Shown: positions 1 through 9,767, counted from the first letter of the stretch. The stretch is DNA of 64,000 nucleotides from an uncultured Acidobacteriaceae bacterium (GCA_964247475.1 CAXTUS010000002.1:945-64944); one strand, 5' to 3'. Notes: generated by a model not told the origin, from the sequence alone. A program made the numbers and translations.

Positions 1-1812
1 GGCTGCGGAGTCCTTGCGTGGGGTCTTCAGCGGTACGGGAGCGAACGGGTTGAAGGTTGCGCTGTCGATGCCGTGGGCGGCGTCCGAGTCGGTGGAGTTT
101 TCGGCGGCGATGGTCGAGATCTCCTCGCTGGGACCGAAGTCGAAGCCGAAGTTGAAGCTGGTGTCGAAGGAGGAACCGGCTGCTTCATCGGCTCCGGCAT
201 CCAACGTGTCTCCATCTGTAACCGTTCCAGTTTCATCTGTAACTGTTTCGGTGCCGAATGCGTCGGGGTTGAAGGAATCGTCTGCTTCCCCCTGAGTGCT
301 TACCAATTCTGTTTCGTCTGCGGGGGCGAGATCGTGTGAGAGCTTGTCTGCGAAGCCTGGGCCGAGCATGGCGCGTGCGTCTTCGATGAGGCGCTTGAAG
401 CCGGAGAGTGCCTGGAGCGCGCGAGCCGGGAGCAGGCGGTCTTCGATGGCTCTGCCGATGGCATCCCAGGTGCTGATGCCCGTGGTGAGGGCCATGCGCT
501 CGAGCGTCTCCATGGTGGTCTTGCCTATACCACGCGGGGGCGAGTTGACGCTGCGGCCGAGGGCGATGGAGTCATGCGGATTCTGCACGAGCTTCATGTA
601 ACTGAGGATGTCTTTGATCTCTGCGCGGTCATAGAAGCTGAAACCGCCGACCATGTGGTACTGGATCTGGTAACGGCGCAGGGCCTCTTCGACCAGTCGT
701 GACTGCGAGTTGGTGCGGTAAAGGACGGCGCAGCGTGCGGGCTCGTCGGTCTCGGTCTGTCCGGCCTCGCGGATATAGCGCTTGATGCGGTCGGCGATGA
801 AGAGTGCTTCGTTTTCGCCGTCGGGCGCTTCGTAAAGACCGATGAGTGAGCCGCCTACGCGGGCGGTCCAGAGATTCTTGCCCTTGCGCTGTGTGTTCTG
901 TGCGACGACCGCGGACGCGCCTTCGAGGATCATCTGGGTGGAGCGGTAGTTCTGTTCGAGGCGGATGGTGCGTGCGCCGGGGAAGTCCTTTTCGAAGTCG
1001 AGGATGTTCTTGATGTCGGCGCCGCGCCAGCTGTAGATGGACTGGTCTTCATCGCCGACGACGCAGATGTTGTTGTGGTCGCCGGCGAGCAGCTTCATCA
1101 ACTCGTACTGCGGCTTGTTGGTGTCCTGGTACTCGTCGATCATCACGTAGCGGTAGCGGCGGTTGTAGCGTTCGCGCACTTCTTTGGCGGTCTTCAGCAG
1201 GCGCACGGTCTCGAGGAGGAGGTCGTCGAAGTCGAGGGCGTTCGCCTTCATCAGCTCTTCTTTATAGATCTTGAAGATGTGCGCGATCTTCTCTTCGATG
1301 GGGTTGGTCGATGCCAGGAAGTACTCCTGTGGATCGATCATGTGGTTCTTGGCCCAGGAGATGCGGCCGAGCGCGACGCGTGGCTTGAGGCTCTTGTCGT
1401 CGATGCCAAGACGTTTGAGCGCGGTCTTAACGACGGCCTGCTGATCGGTCTCGTCGTAGATGGCGAAGCTGCGCGTGAGGCCCTTGCCGCCTACCTGCAG
1501 GGCTTCGATGTCGCGGCGCAGAACGCGCACGCAGAAGCTGTGGAAGGTGGAGAGAGTGGGCTTGGCAAGTGACGAGTGGCCGAGGATCTTGTCGACGCGC
1601 TCTGCCATCTCCTTGGCGGCCTTGTTGGTGAAGGTGACGGCGAGGATGTTGTCGGCGGAGACGCCGCGCTCTTCGATGAGGTAGGCGATGCGATGCGTTA
1701 CGACGCGGGTCTTGCCGGAGCCGGCGCCGGCGAGCAGAAGCACGGGACCGTCGACAGCCTGGATGCCGTCCTGCTGCTGCGCGTTCATGTTGTTGAGAAG
1801 GTGCGATGCCAT
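1..1812 (-). CDS. pcrA: UvrD/PcrA/Rep family ATP-dependent DNA helicase (3' end runs off the window)
   Basis: Own translation from ATG 1812: MASHLLNNMNAQQQDGIQAVDGPVLLLAGAGSGKTRVVTHRIAYL (Walker A); also DEYQDTN, VGDEDQSIYSWRGA, LEQNYRST and AVLYRTNSQSR. Missing from the ORF track because it has no stop in the window. Confidence 0.93.
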   Translation of the reverse strand, partial: MASHLLNNMNAQQQDGIQAVDGPVLLLAGAGSGKTRVVTHRIAYLIEERGVSADNILAVTFTNKAAKEMAERVDKILGHSSLAKPTLSTFHSFCVRVLRRDIEALQVGGKGLTRSFAIYDETDQQAVVKTALKRLGIDDKSLKPRVALGRISWAKNHMIDPQEYFLASTNPIEEKIAHIFKIYKEELMKANALDFDDLLLETVRLLKTAKEVRERYNRRYRYVMIDEYQDTNKPQYELMKLLAGDHNNICVVGDEDQSIYSWRGADIKNILDFEKDFPGARTIRLEQNYRSTQMILEGASAVVAQNTQRKGKNLWTARVGGSLIGLYEAPDGENEALFIADRIKRYIREAGQTETDEPARCAVLYRTNSQSRLVEEALRRYQIQYHMVGGFSFYDRAEIKDILSYMKLVQNPHDSIALGRSVNSPPRGIGKTTMETLERMALTTGISTWDAIGRAIEDRLLPARALQALSGFKRLIEDARAMLGPGFADKLSHDLAPADETELVSTQGEADDSFNPDAFGTETVTDETGTVTDGDTLDAGADEAAGSSFDTSFNFGFDFGPSEEISTIAAENSTDSDAAHGIDSATFNPFAPVPLKTPRKDSAA

Positions 1813-2204
1813 TGTGCGCGAAAAAGCTCCATCAACAGTTTATTGGATGGGGGATGTGGTAGGCGTCCGGTAACAATCTGTGGCGCTGTTGGACGTGCCC
1901 GGCGGGAAAAGGCTGCGGCGTTGAAACCGAGTTGTAACAGTGTGTTCTCTGATGATTAATGAGCGCTGCGACTAACATCGGACGACTTAGACGACTTACT
2001 CAGCTGGATGCTGTCCGGTGCCGGACACTGCTTGGCGCTTTCGGACGTACAAAGCTCTGCATCGTGGCATGAAGTGAGTAAAAATGCGTGATTTAGGGGG
2101 TTTCGGCGCCTTCTCGCTTTGGCATGGTGAATGCAACAAGGCTATGCGTGAGCAACCAGCACAGAAGTAAGAAACAGACATCGCAGAAAAATTTCGAAAT
2201 AAGC

Positions 2205-2231
2205 GGAACTGAACGCAACCTGATCTCGTAA
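2205..2231 (+). promoter_or_regulatory. Possible ECF sigma promoter (GGAACT-N16-CGTAA)
   Basis: ggaact 2205-2210, 16-nt spacer, cgtaa 2227-2231, about 90 nt upstream of the 2319 gene; matches generic ECF GGAAC/CGTA geometry. Confidence 0.35.
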
Positions 2232-2318
2232 CTGCTTTCACGAAGAGCCTGACTGAACCATGGCGGACAGGAGCTTCCACAACCCACGCAACACCATATG
2301 AAGTAAAGGGGAAATCCA

Positions 2319-2639
2319 ATGATCTATACGTCCCTCGCCGTCCTCGCTCTGTCCGCCTCCGCTGCTGTCTCGCCGCTCTCCCGCGTGGTGCACATGCACC
2401 CGCATACGGCGGCCGCAGACACTCGTGTCACGCTTACCGTGCACAACAATGCAAACGTCTTCCAGGATGTAAAGGTTGCCGGCCGCAGCTATACCGTGCC
2501 TGCGAGGCACAGCATCATCGTCAAGGCTCCAACCGGAACCCTGCTCTACGCCGATAGCTCGACTGCCGGCCTGAAACGGGGCCAGGTGATCACGCAGCTC
2601 GATGCGCAGAACGATCAACAGTCGATCAACATCAACTAG
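2319..2639 (+). CDS. Small secreted hypothetical protein (beta-rich)
   Basis: AAGGGG RBS before ATG, signal-peptide-like N-terminus (MIYTSLAVLALSASAA), protein-like composition. Confidence 0.75.
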   Translation: MIYTSLAVLALSASAAVSPLSRVVHMHPHTAAADTRVTLTVHNNANVFQDVKVAGRSYTVPARHSIIVKAPTGTLLYADSSTAGLKRGQVITQLDAQNDQQSININ

Positions 2640-2716
2640 CTGGCTCCAGAGCGGTTGCAGGACAGGAAGGCAGCGGTTATACGCGGGTAACAAGCCTCGT
2701 GGATAATCGACAAAGC

Positions 2717-3274
2717 ATGCCCGCATCCACCAGGATCTCAAACGTCGCCGTCTTCTGCGCCTCTGCGGACGGTACCAACCCACTCTATCGCAGCTCCGCG
2801 CAAGCCCTGGGCAGGGAGCTTGCGGCCCGAGGGATCGGCCTCATCTATGGCGGTGCGCGCGTGGGGCTGATGCGCGCGGTGGCCGAGGCCGCGCTCAACG
2901 CCGGCGGCCATGTGGTCGGTGTCATCCCCGAGGTGCTGGTCGACCTTGAGGTAGCGCACGACGGCCTCTCTGAACTTCATGTCACCAGCACCATGCACAC
3001 GCGCAAGGCGCTGATGGGCGAACGGTCCGATGCCTTCATCATCCTGCCCGGGGGCTTTGGCACCTTCGAAGAGATGTTCGAAGTGCTTGCCTGGCAGACG
3101 CTGAAGCTCCACGACAAGCCGATCATCCTGCTGAATACTGCCGGCTTCTACGACAAACTACTCGACTTCCTCGATCACTGCGTCAGAGAAGGTGTGCTGA
3201 AACCAAGGAATCGCGAGATCCTTCAAGTCGCGACGGATGTTGAGGCCGTCCTGAGGCTGCTGGGCTTCCTGTAA
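2717..3274 (+). CDS. LOG family nucleotide phosphoribohydrolase (TIGR00730-like)
   Basis: VAVFCAS, IYGGARVGLM, MHTRKALM and PGGFGTFEE (PGGxGTxxE) motifs; start moved to ATG 2717. Confidence 0.92.
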   Translation: MPASTRISNVAVFCASADGTNPLYRSSAQALGRELAARGIGLIYGGARVGLMRAVAEAALNAGGHVVGVIPEVLVDLEVAHDGLSELHVTSTMHTRKALMGERSDAFIILPGGFGTFEEMFEVLAWQTLKLHDKPIILLNTAGFYDKLLDFLDHCVREGVLKPRNREILQVATDVEAVLRLLGFL

Positions 3275-3518
3275 GAACAAGCAACCGCGCCGCATCCTGA
3301 CCGCGGACATCGACCACTTCATGGGGTGGAAGCGCTGGCGCGCGCAAGCTGCAGGGCTCTCACCCCGACGCGCGGCGCGCGTGAAAGCGCATCCACCGCA
3401 CGAAGAGGCGCCTATCCGGCGAGAGGAACCATCTGCGCCTGCTTGTTTTTGCTGGCAACACCGGTGGCCTGTGGCGCGTCTCACCTGTAGCGAAGAAATG
3501 GCGAACAGGGGGAACAGA

Positions 3519-4112
3519 ATGGCGGAGCGGCAAGTGGTGATGGATGAGCCAGTAATTATGGATGAGCAGGCTGAGGCGCTGCGGCATGCGACCGAGCGTG
3601 CGGAGCAGGCGGAGGCGGAGCTTGCAAAGTTGAAAAACGCGGCTGGTCATGCGCCAGCCAACGATGACAAGCTGAAGCAGCCGCCTACGAAGAGCAGCGC
3701 GAGTGGCGAAGCTGCAATCGCGGGCGGAGAAGAGGAGTTGCGCAAGGACTCGATGATGGCGCATCTGCTCGATTCGCTGGCGGAAGGTAAGGATATCGGG
3801 CACTATGGCAGGCTGGTGTTTGCCATGGTGGCGCGTCACTTCATGCCGCATGAAGAGGTGCTGGCGTGGATGATGAAGGATCAGGATGTGGATGAGGAGA
3901 AAGCGCGGCTAATGCTGACGCAGGTGGAGGGCAAGGATTACAGTCCGCCGCGTCGCGACAAGATCCTGTCTTACCAAGCGCAGCAGGAGTTTCCGATCAT
4001 TCCGCACCCGGATGATCCGGACTCCGGGAACCTGTACAAGAACCTGAAGTTTCCCGATGAGATCTATCAGCACATCGGGAACTATCAAGAAGCCAAAGCA
4101 ACTGCGTCCTGA
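3519..4112 (+). CDS. Hypothetical protein with a primase large-subunit C-terminal (PriL-CTD/PriX)-like helical domain
   Basis: AGGGGG RBS before ATG 3519; charged N-terminal coil, then LLDSLAEGKDIGHYGRLVFAMVARHF...DVDEEKAR...GKDYSPPRRDKI. The CDS is well supported; the domain call is pattern-based. Confidence 0.7.
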   Translation: MAERQVVMDEPVIMDEQAEALRHATERAEQAEAELAKLKNAAGHAPANDDKLKQPPTKSSASGEAAIAGGEEELRKDSMMAHLLDSLAEGKDIGHYGRLVFAMVARHFMPHEEVLAWMMKDQDVDEEKARLMLTQVEGKDYSPPRRDKILSYQAQQEFPIIPHPDDPDSGNLYKNLKFPDEIYQHIGNYQEAKATAS

Positions 4113-4121
4113 TACCGGACT

Positions 4122-4181
4122 GGCGGCGCTTTCTAGGGTGAAGGCTTTGTAGTGCATTCACCCCAGAAAGTGACCGCCGCC
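4122..4181. repeat. Long imperfect inverted repeat between convergent genes (REP-like or terminator)
   Basis: ggcggcgctttct-a-gggtgaa ... ttcaccc-c-agaaagt-gac-cgccgcc. Confidence 0.5.
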
Positions 4182-4186
4182 TGCGA

Positions 4187-4633
4187 TCAGAGCGAGATCG
4201 CCGCTGCTTTCATTCGGCAGGCATCGCAGGTGCACATCCTGCGCAGGTAGTCGTAGGAGTAGATTCCGCTCTCGTGGCCATCGTTCCACTTGAAGCGGAT
4301 AGCGTACTTGCCTACAGGCGTGGCCTCGAGCGGGCGCGGTGGAGCCTGGTACATGACAAGCGGACCGCCAGGAGAAGGCTTCGGCACTCCTGGCTCGCGG
4401 CCCGCGTGCTGACGCTCTTCATTGCAGGTAGCGCAGGGGCACGCATTGCGCAGCCAGGCAAAGTTCCACATGCTGGTGTGACCGTCTTTCCAATCGATCG
4501 ACATGCCGGTGCCTTCGGTCTTCATGATGCGAACCTTGGCGGGCGTGATGGCTTCAAGCGGCAGGCGTTCTTCAGCCCTGGTCTCGCGCCTTGCCTGTTC
4601 TTCACTGACGATACGGATACCTTCGTGGCTCAT
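4187..4633 (-). CDS. DUF971 / gamma-butyrobetaine hydroxylase N-terminal-like protein
   Basis: IDWKDGHTS, WLRNACPCATC, VGKYAIRFKWNDGHESGIYSYDYLR; start ATG 4633 overlaps the upstream stop. Confidence 0.88.
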   Translation of the reverse strand: MSHEGIRIVSEEQARRETRAEERLPLEAITPAKVRIMKTEGTGMSIDWKDGHTSMWNFAWLRNACPCATCNEERQHAGREPGVPKPSPGGPLVMYQAPPRPLEATPVGKYAIRFKWNDGHESGIYSYDYLRRMCTCDACRMKAAAISL

Positions 4634-4941
4634 GGCTTCAACTCTTTGATGGCGTTGCGGTCGTATTTGATCTTGAGAAACAGAATGCTGATGGAGAGCA
4701 GCAGGGTGAGGCTGTTGGAGATCAGGACGGGCAGGTCGTTTGCGAAGAAGCCGTAGGTAGTCCACAGCAGGACGCCGACCGAGAAGAGCAGGAAGGTGCC
4801 GAGTGAGACGTCGCGTGCGGTCTTGAGCCGGACGACGCGCACCAGTTGCGGGACGAAGGCGGTAGTGGTGCAGGTCGCGGCGACGAAGCCGATGCGCTGA
4901 ATCGTGGATGGCGCGAGTGAGGTGAGAAGGAAGAGCGTCAT
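4630..4941 (-). CDS. SemiSWEET (PQ-loop/MtN3) transporter
   Basis: IGFVAATCTTTAFVPQLVRVVRLKTARDVSLG, three TM helices, about 103 aa. Confidence 0.9.
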   Translation of the reverse strand: MTLFLLTSLAPSTIQRIGFVAATCTTTAFVPQLVRVVRLKTARDVSLGTFLLFSVGVLLWTTYGFFANDLPVLISNSLTLLLSISILFLKIKYDRNAIKELKP

Positions 4942-5729
4942 GCCTGTCTCCAGAAGAAGTACGCGGCGATGACCAGGCCGCTGACGACGACCACCGCACG
5001 CAGCACATTCGCGTTCATGCGCTTTGCATAGTGTGCGCCTGCCCAGCCGCCAAGTGCGGCGAAGACCATTGAGATCAGGCAAAAGTGCCAGAGAATCCGC
5101 CCGCTTGCGATGAAGACCAGGACCGCGCAGAGGTTCGAGGCACAGGCTGCGACGACTTTCATGGCGTTGAGCTCGTGCATCTCTTCCATGCCAAAGAGGG
5201 CGAGCACGGTCATGATGAGGAAGCCCCCGCCGGCGCCGAAGTAGCCGACGTAGAAGCAGATGGGCAGCATTGCGAAGAAGAGGAAGAACCGGTTGATGGG
5301 CGGTTCTTTGTGGTGTTCTAAGTGGGCGAGCGAGGAGCGCCGGCGAAGCCACTTCGAGACTGGGGTGGAGACGCCGAAGATGAGCGAGCCGGCGAGCAGA
5401 AGCCACGGGATGAGGTGCAGGAAGGTGACCTGCCGGGTGTGCAGCAGGACCTCTGCGCCAAGCACGCCACCCAGGATCGAGGTGCCGATGACCAGCGGGA
5501 GGATGTCGCGGCGAACGTCTCCGCGCAGGCTTGCGACCGAGGTAAGCTGCCCCGGCCAGAGCGCGAGGGTGGTGGGGGGGTGGGCTTCGATCGGCGGGAC
5601 GCCGACGCCGAGCATGGCAGGGAAGGACAGGAAGGAGCCTCCTCCGGCCATGGCGTTGATGGCGCCGGCCAGCATGGACGCGACGATCAGCCAAAGGAAG
5701 CGCCAGTGGAGGAGCAGGGTTTGTTGCAC
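4938..5729 (-). CDS. Sulfite exporter TauE/SafE (TSUP) family protein
   Basis: LAGAINAMAGGGSFL and YVGYFGAGGGFL motifs, multi-TM. Confidence 0.9.
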   Translation of the reverse strand: MQQTLLLHWRFLWLIVASMLAGAINAMAGGGSFLSFPAMLGVGVPPIEAHPPTTLALWPGQLTSVASLRGDVRRDILPLVIGTSILGGVLGAEVLLHTRQVTFLHLIPWLLLAGSLIFGVSTPVSKWLRRRSSLAHLEHHKEPPINRFFLFFAMLPICFYVGYFGAGGGFLIMTVLALFGMEEMHELNAMKVVAACASNLCAVLVFIASGRILWHFCLISMVFAALGGWAGAHYAKRMNANVLRAVVVVSGLVIAAYFFWRQA

Positions 5730-5736
5730 GTTCTTC

Positions 5737-5776
5737 TTATTGTAAGTGTCTACGAGTTATTGTAAGTGTCTACGAG
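5737..5776. repeat. Perfect 20-bp tandem duplication
   Basis: ttattgtaagtgtctacgag x2, just upstream of the TSUP start. Confidence 0.9.
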
Positions 5777-5833
5777 CAAGTGCGCCCTGCTCGCGGGCGG
5801 CGACCACTTCTCTGGCTGCAGCGGGTTGCCTAT

Positions 5834-6613
5834 TTAGTGGGGGAGCTGAGGGGTGGCTGCGATGAGGCGTTGCGTGTAGGGATCGCTTGGATGTTCACAG
5901 ACTTCGAGGACCGGACCTGCCTCGACCAGGCGGCCGCGCTCCATGACGGCCACACGGTCGCACAGGTAGCGGACCAGCGGCATCGAATGCGAGATGAACA
6001 GGTAGGTCATGCCGTAGCTTCGCTGCAGGTCGCGCAGCAGGTTGACGACCTGCGCACCGACCGAGACATCGAGCGCGCTGACTGGTTCGTCGAGGGCCAG
6101 GAACTCGGGCTTCAGGGCGAGCGCGCGTGCGATGTTGATGCGCTGACGCTGGCCTCCGCTGAACTCGTGCGGATACCGGGTGAGGACGTCAGGCTCGAGT
6201 CCGACTTCGGCTGTGAGCTCAAGCAGACGCCCGGCTACGTAGTCGCGTGAGAAGCCGCCCTGGATGGCGAAGGGTTCAGCGATGATGTCGCGGATGCGCA
6301 TGCGAGGATCAAGCGCGGCGAAAGGGTCCTGGAAGACCATCTGCATGCGCCGCCGCATGATGCGGAGGTCTTTCTTCTTTGCTGCGAGGACATCGATGCC
6401 GTCGAAGGTGACAGAGCCTGAGGTGGGCTCGATGAGCCGCAGCAGCATGCGCGCGACGGTGCTCTTGCCGGAGCCGGATTCTCCGACCAGACCGAGCGTC
6501 TCGCCACGCGCGATCGTGAGCGAAACACCGTTGACGACGGTGGAGGTGCCGTACTGCTTGACCAGGTGCCGGGCTTCGATGAGCGGGGCAGCCGCAGGGG
6601 AAGCTTGGGGCAC
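5834..6613 (-). CDS. Oligopeptide/dipeptide ABC transporter ATP-binding protein (DppF/AppF-like)
   Basis: [42 protein letters not shown]; start probably GTG 6613 or TTG 6622, not 6958. Confidence 0.9.
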   Translation of the reverse strand: MPQASPAAAPLIEARHLVKQYGTSTVVNGVSLTIARGETLGLVGESGSGKSTVARMLLRLIEPTSGSVTFDGIDVLAAKKKDLRIMRRRMQMVFQDPFAALDPRMRIRDIIAEPFAIQGGFSRDYVAGRLLELTAEVGLEPDVLTRYPHEFSGGQRQRINIARALALKPEFLALDEPVSALDVSVGAQVVNLLRDLQRSYGMTYLFISHSMPLVRYLCDRVAVMERGRLVEAGPVLEVCEHPSDPYTQRLIAATPQLPH

Positions 6614-6614
6614 G

Positions 6615-8534
6615 CTAGCCAAGCTCCGGGTGGGCAAGGTGGAAGTTTGTCGCCTGCTGGTAGGCGTGGGCAAAGGCGGCGACGCGGGCGTCTGCGTAGA
6701 GGCCTCCGAGGAAGGTGAGCGAGACCGGGGTGCCGGGGCCGCCAGCGTTATCGACTGCGCCATCGATCGGGTTGCTGGAGGGTGGGGCATCGTCGCCCCG
6801 CAAGCCGTTGGGTACGATGACGGCGGGCTGCCCGGTGAGGTTGGTGGCGACCAGCTGATCTCCGCCCGAGGGCGTGACGAGGATGTCGACCTGCTCGAAG
6901 AGGCCGTCCATGGCGGCAATCGCGAGCGTACGGGCGCGCATGGCCTGGATGTAGTCAACCGCTGAGTAGAAGCGTGCGACGCGGAAGTTGTTGGGCCAGT
7001 CGAAGGGCTCCTGGCCGGCGAGCAGCTTGTCCCGGCCGGAGCGTGTGAGCTCGTCGAAGGCCGCGGCGCCTTCGGCTTCGAGCAAAGGGACCATGGAGTC
7101 GAAGGGCAGCTTCGGGATCTCGACCGGGATGAGCGAGACGCCCATCTTGCTGCGGATGATGTCGAGTGCGGCGGTTGCGTACTTCAGGTCGTACTGGGCG
7201 CGTGCCATGCCGGCCTGCATGCGTGCGAGACGCTTGCGATAGGCTTCCATCTCGGCGTCCCCGGCCGCCGTGGGAGCTTTGAGCTCGAGCGGCTTCGGGG
7301 CATCGAAGGCGGACTTGATGAAGCCGATGCGCAGCTTCTTCCAGTCGAAGCCCGCGTCCCAGTTCATGGCGGCGGGCTTGACGGCGAGGTCGTGTCCGTC
7401 GGGTCCGTAGATGGCGGAGAGGACGATGGCGCAGTCTTCGACCGAGCGTGCGATGGGTCCGATCTTGTCCATGGACCAGCTGAGCGCCATGGCGCCGGTG
7501 CGTGGCACGAAGCCATAGGTGGGGCGCAGACCGGTGACTCCGCAGCGCGTGCTGGGCGAGGAGATGGACCCGAGGGTTTCAGTGCCGATGGCGAAGCCGA
7601 CGCAGCCAGCGGAGGTAGCGCTGGCGCTGCCGGCCGATGATCCGCTTGAACCCTGCTTGAGGTTCCACGGGTTGCGCGTGCGTGCGCCGGGCTTGCCTGA
7701 GCCTGCGGGATAGCCCCAGAGGTCGCCCTGCGCGAGCGCGCCCATGCTGAGCTTGGCGATGAGGATGGCGCCGGCTTGATCGAGGCGTTTCACGACCTCG
7801 GCATCCTCGTCGAAGGTCTGATTCTCGTAGCCGGCCGCGCCCCAGGTGGTGGGATAGCCCTTGACTGCGAGAAGGTCCTTGGCGCCCCAAGGGATGCCGT
7901 GCAGGGGGCCTCTATACTTGCCTGCTTCGATCTCGGCATCGAGCGTTGCGGCCTGCTTCAGGGCGCGCTCTTCGGTGAGGTTGATGACGCAGTGCAGCTT
8001 AGTGTCGAGCCGCTTCAGGCGAGCGAGATACATCTGCGTGAGCATGGTGCAGGTGATGCGCTTCGTGCGGATAAGCTCTGCGAGCGATCGCACGGACATA
8101 AAGGCGAGGGTCTCGATGCGTGCAGGGTTCGACCTGAAGTCTTCCTGGGTGAACATGGGTGCGGCGCTGAGGCGTAGTGGCTGCTTATGCGTTTCGAGCA
8201 CCATGTTGCCAGGGACGGGATCGAAGACGAAGGCGGGTGCGACGCTGTTCGGCAGGGCGAGCTTGCGGATCTCTTCGACGTCGTCGCGCTGCGAGTTCAG
8301 GCCTTCGAACATGGCGGCCTTCAGGTTGTCGTCGATGTGAATGCCGGCGATGGTGGCTGCGGCATCGATCATGGCCGCGGTGATCTTTGGCTGCGCTGCT
8401 TCTTTGGACGCGGTGCCTGCCGCCTGGTTCGCGAGCGCGAAGAGCGTGCCGGGGAAGAGAGTTGCGCCAAAGCCGGCGGCCGTGCAGACGGCGAGGAAGT
8501 GCCGTCGGGGAAGGTGCGAAGCCTGTTGATCCAT
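6615..8534 (-). CDS. Amidase-signature family protein with Tat signal
   Basis: RRHFL Tat motif, GIPWGAKDL (catalytic Lys), [25 protein letters not shown] (Ser-cisSer-Lys triad). Confidence 0.9.
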   Translation of the reverse strand: MDQQASHLPRRHFLAVCTAAGFGATLFPGTLFALANQAAGTASKEAAQPKITAAMIDAAATIAGIHIDDNLKAAMFEGLNSQRDDVEEIRKLALPNSVAPAFVFDPVPGNMVLETHKQPLRLSAAPMFTQEDFRSNPARIETLAFMSVRSLAELIRTKRITCTMLTQMYLARLKRLDTKLHCVINLTEERALKQAATLDAEIEAGKYRGPLHGIPWGAKDLLAVKGYPTTWGAAGYENQTFDEDAEVVKRLDQAGAILIAKLSMGALAQGDLWGYPAGSGKPGARTRNPWNLKQGSSGSSAGSASATSAGCVGFAIGTETLGSISSPSTRCGVTGLRPTYGFVPRTGAMALSWSMDKIGPIARSVEDCAIVLSAIYGPDGHDLAVKPAAMNWDAGFDWKKLRIGFIKSAFDAPKPLELKAPTAAGDAEMEAYRKRLARMQAGMARAQYDLKYATAALDIIRSKMGVSLIPVEIPKLPFDSMVPLLEAEGAAAFDELTRSGRDKLLAGQEPFDWPNNFRVARFYSAVDYIQAMRARTLAIAAMDGLFEQVDILVTPSGGDQLVATNLTGQPAVIVPNGLRGDDAPPSSNPIDGAVDNAGGPGTPVSLTFLGGLYADARVAAFAHAYQQATNFHLAHPELG

Positions 8535-8567
8535 GAATCGCATTATTGCATCGCTTGCCGAAGTCGA

Positions 8568-9275
8568 TTACTGCGGCGGCTGAGCGACGCCTTCGCCGGT
8601 GCGCTCGACAGTCTTGAGGAAGTCTTTGAGGCGCTGGCCTTTGGCCGGGGTGAAGACAGCGGGTTGAACGTGGGCGTTGGCGATCCGGTCCAGGCGGAAG
8701 ACGCGGAAGCTGTCCCGCAGCTCGCACCATGCGACGAGGGTCCAGACGCCGCTCCAGAAGTAGAGCGCGAGCGGACGGATGGTGCGTGTGCTGCTGCCGC
8801 CGTCTTCACGGGTGTAGGCGATATGGACCGGGTTGCGGGCGAGGCATGCGGCGTGGAGCAGGTCAAGCCGTCGGCGGTCGGCGATGCGCATCTGGAAGCC
8901 GGGTGCATACATCTGAATGGCGTCGAGGCGTTCGCGCATCTCGACCGGCAGGACGGCCTCGATGCGGCTGAGCGCCTGCCTGGCGGCGTCGACGGTTTCG
9001 GCTCCGCCCCAGGCCTGGACGAGCCGCGCGCCCAGTACCAGCGCGGTCAGTTCGTCCGGCGTAAAGGTGAGCGGGGGCAGGTCGTAGTCGCGGCGCAGGG
9101 TGTAGCCGACGCCGGGCTCGCCCTCGATGGGTGTGCCGGAAAGCTGCAGGTCCAGGATGTCGCGATAGATGGTGCGGGTCGAGACCTGAAGCTTTTCAGC
9201 CAGCCGCGCGCCGGTTATCATGCGGCCTTGCCGGAGCAGTTGCACGATGCGGAAGAGTCGGTCGGCGCGGCGCAT
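8568..9275 (-). CDS. YafY-family HTH-WYL transcriptional regulator
   Basis: MRRADRLFRIVQLL, VSTRTIYRDI wHTH, WTLVAWCELRDSFRVFRLDRI WYL motif. Confidence 0.93.
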   Translation of the reverse strand: MRRADRLFRIVQLLRQGRMITGARLAEKLQVSTRTIYRDILDLQLSGTPIEGEPGVGYTLRRDYDLPPLTFTPDELTALVLGARLVQAWGGAETVDAARQALSRIEAVLPVEMRERLDAIQMYAPGFQMRIADRRRLDLLHAACLARNPVHIAYTREDGGSSTRTIRPLALYFWSGVWTLVAWCELRDSFRVFRLDRIANAHVQPAVFTPAKGQRLKDFLKTVERTGEGVAQPPQ

Positions 9276-9316
9276 GGAGATGTTTTTCTAACGGGATCGT
9301 CTGTTGCAGGTACAGT

Positions 9317-9724
9317 CTAGTGCTGATGTAGCCCGATGTGATTGCCTTCGCTGTCCTCGATATAGGCGAAGGCGCCGAAGCCGTTTGGCAGCATGGTCTC
9401 GGGGATGACGACGGCGCCTGTACCTGAAGCCTGCATGCGGGCAAGCGCGGCTCCGAGACCTGCGTCTACGTTGAGGAAGATCATGGTGCCAGATGGAGAA
9501 GGCTGCTGACGTTCGTTCTGGACGAGCGCGCCCCCGACGCCGGTCTCGAGGGCAGGGAAGAGACGCTTCGGTTCTCCGAAGTTGACCGGGATCAGCGTGA
9601 CATTGAGCAGGGTCTCGTAGAACTTTGTCGCGCGTTCAATGTCGTGGGTCGCGATCTCGAACCAGTTGGCGGCGTCGTGGGGAGTGGCGCTGATGTTGTG
9701 CGGGGTGGAGGTCGGTTCGCTCAT
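9317..9724 (-). CDS. VOC/glyoxalase/bleomycin-resistance family protein
   Basis: ANWFEIATHDIERATKFYE and FAYIEDSEGNHIGLH; GGAG RBS before ATG 9724. Confidence 0.88.
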   Translation of the reverse strand: MSEPTSTPHNISATPHDAANWFEIATHDIERATKFYETLLNVTLIPVNFGEPKRLFPALETGVGGALVQNERQQPSPSGTMIFLNVDAGLGAALARMQASGTGAVVIPETMLPNGFGAFAYIEDSEGNHIGLHQH

Positions 9725-9767
9725 CGGTCTCTCCTTTGGCGGCCGGGGTGCGCCTGCCATGAAAAGA

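Noticed and set aside
14-1959. Several plus-strand ORFs (14..295, 296..601, 1075..1572, 1576..1959)
   Set aside because: Antisense shadows of the minus-strand pcrA frame in GC-rich DNA.
2717-3274. LOG gene as part of an anti-phage (SLOG) system
   Set aside because: It is a plain single-domain type-I LOG with no TIR, Sir2 or effector neighbour.
5571-5584. G7 run in the TSUP gene as a phase-variation tract
   Set aside because: The run is short, the frame is intact and the context is GC-rich; no evidence of slippage.
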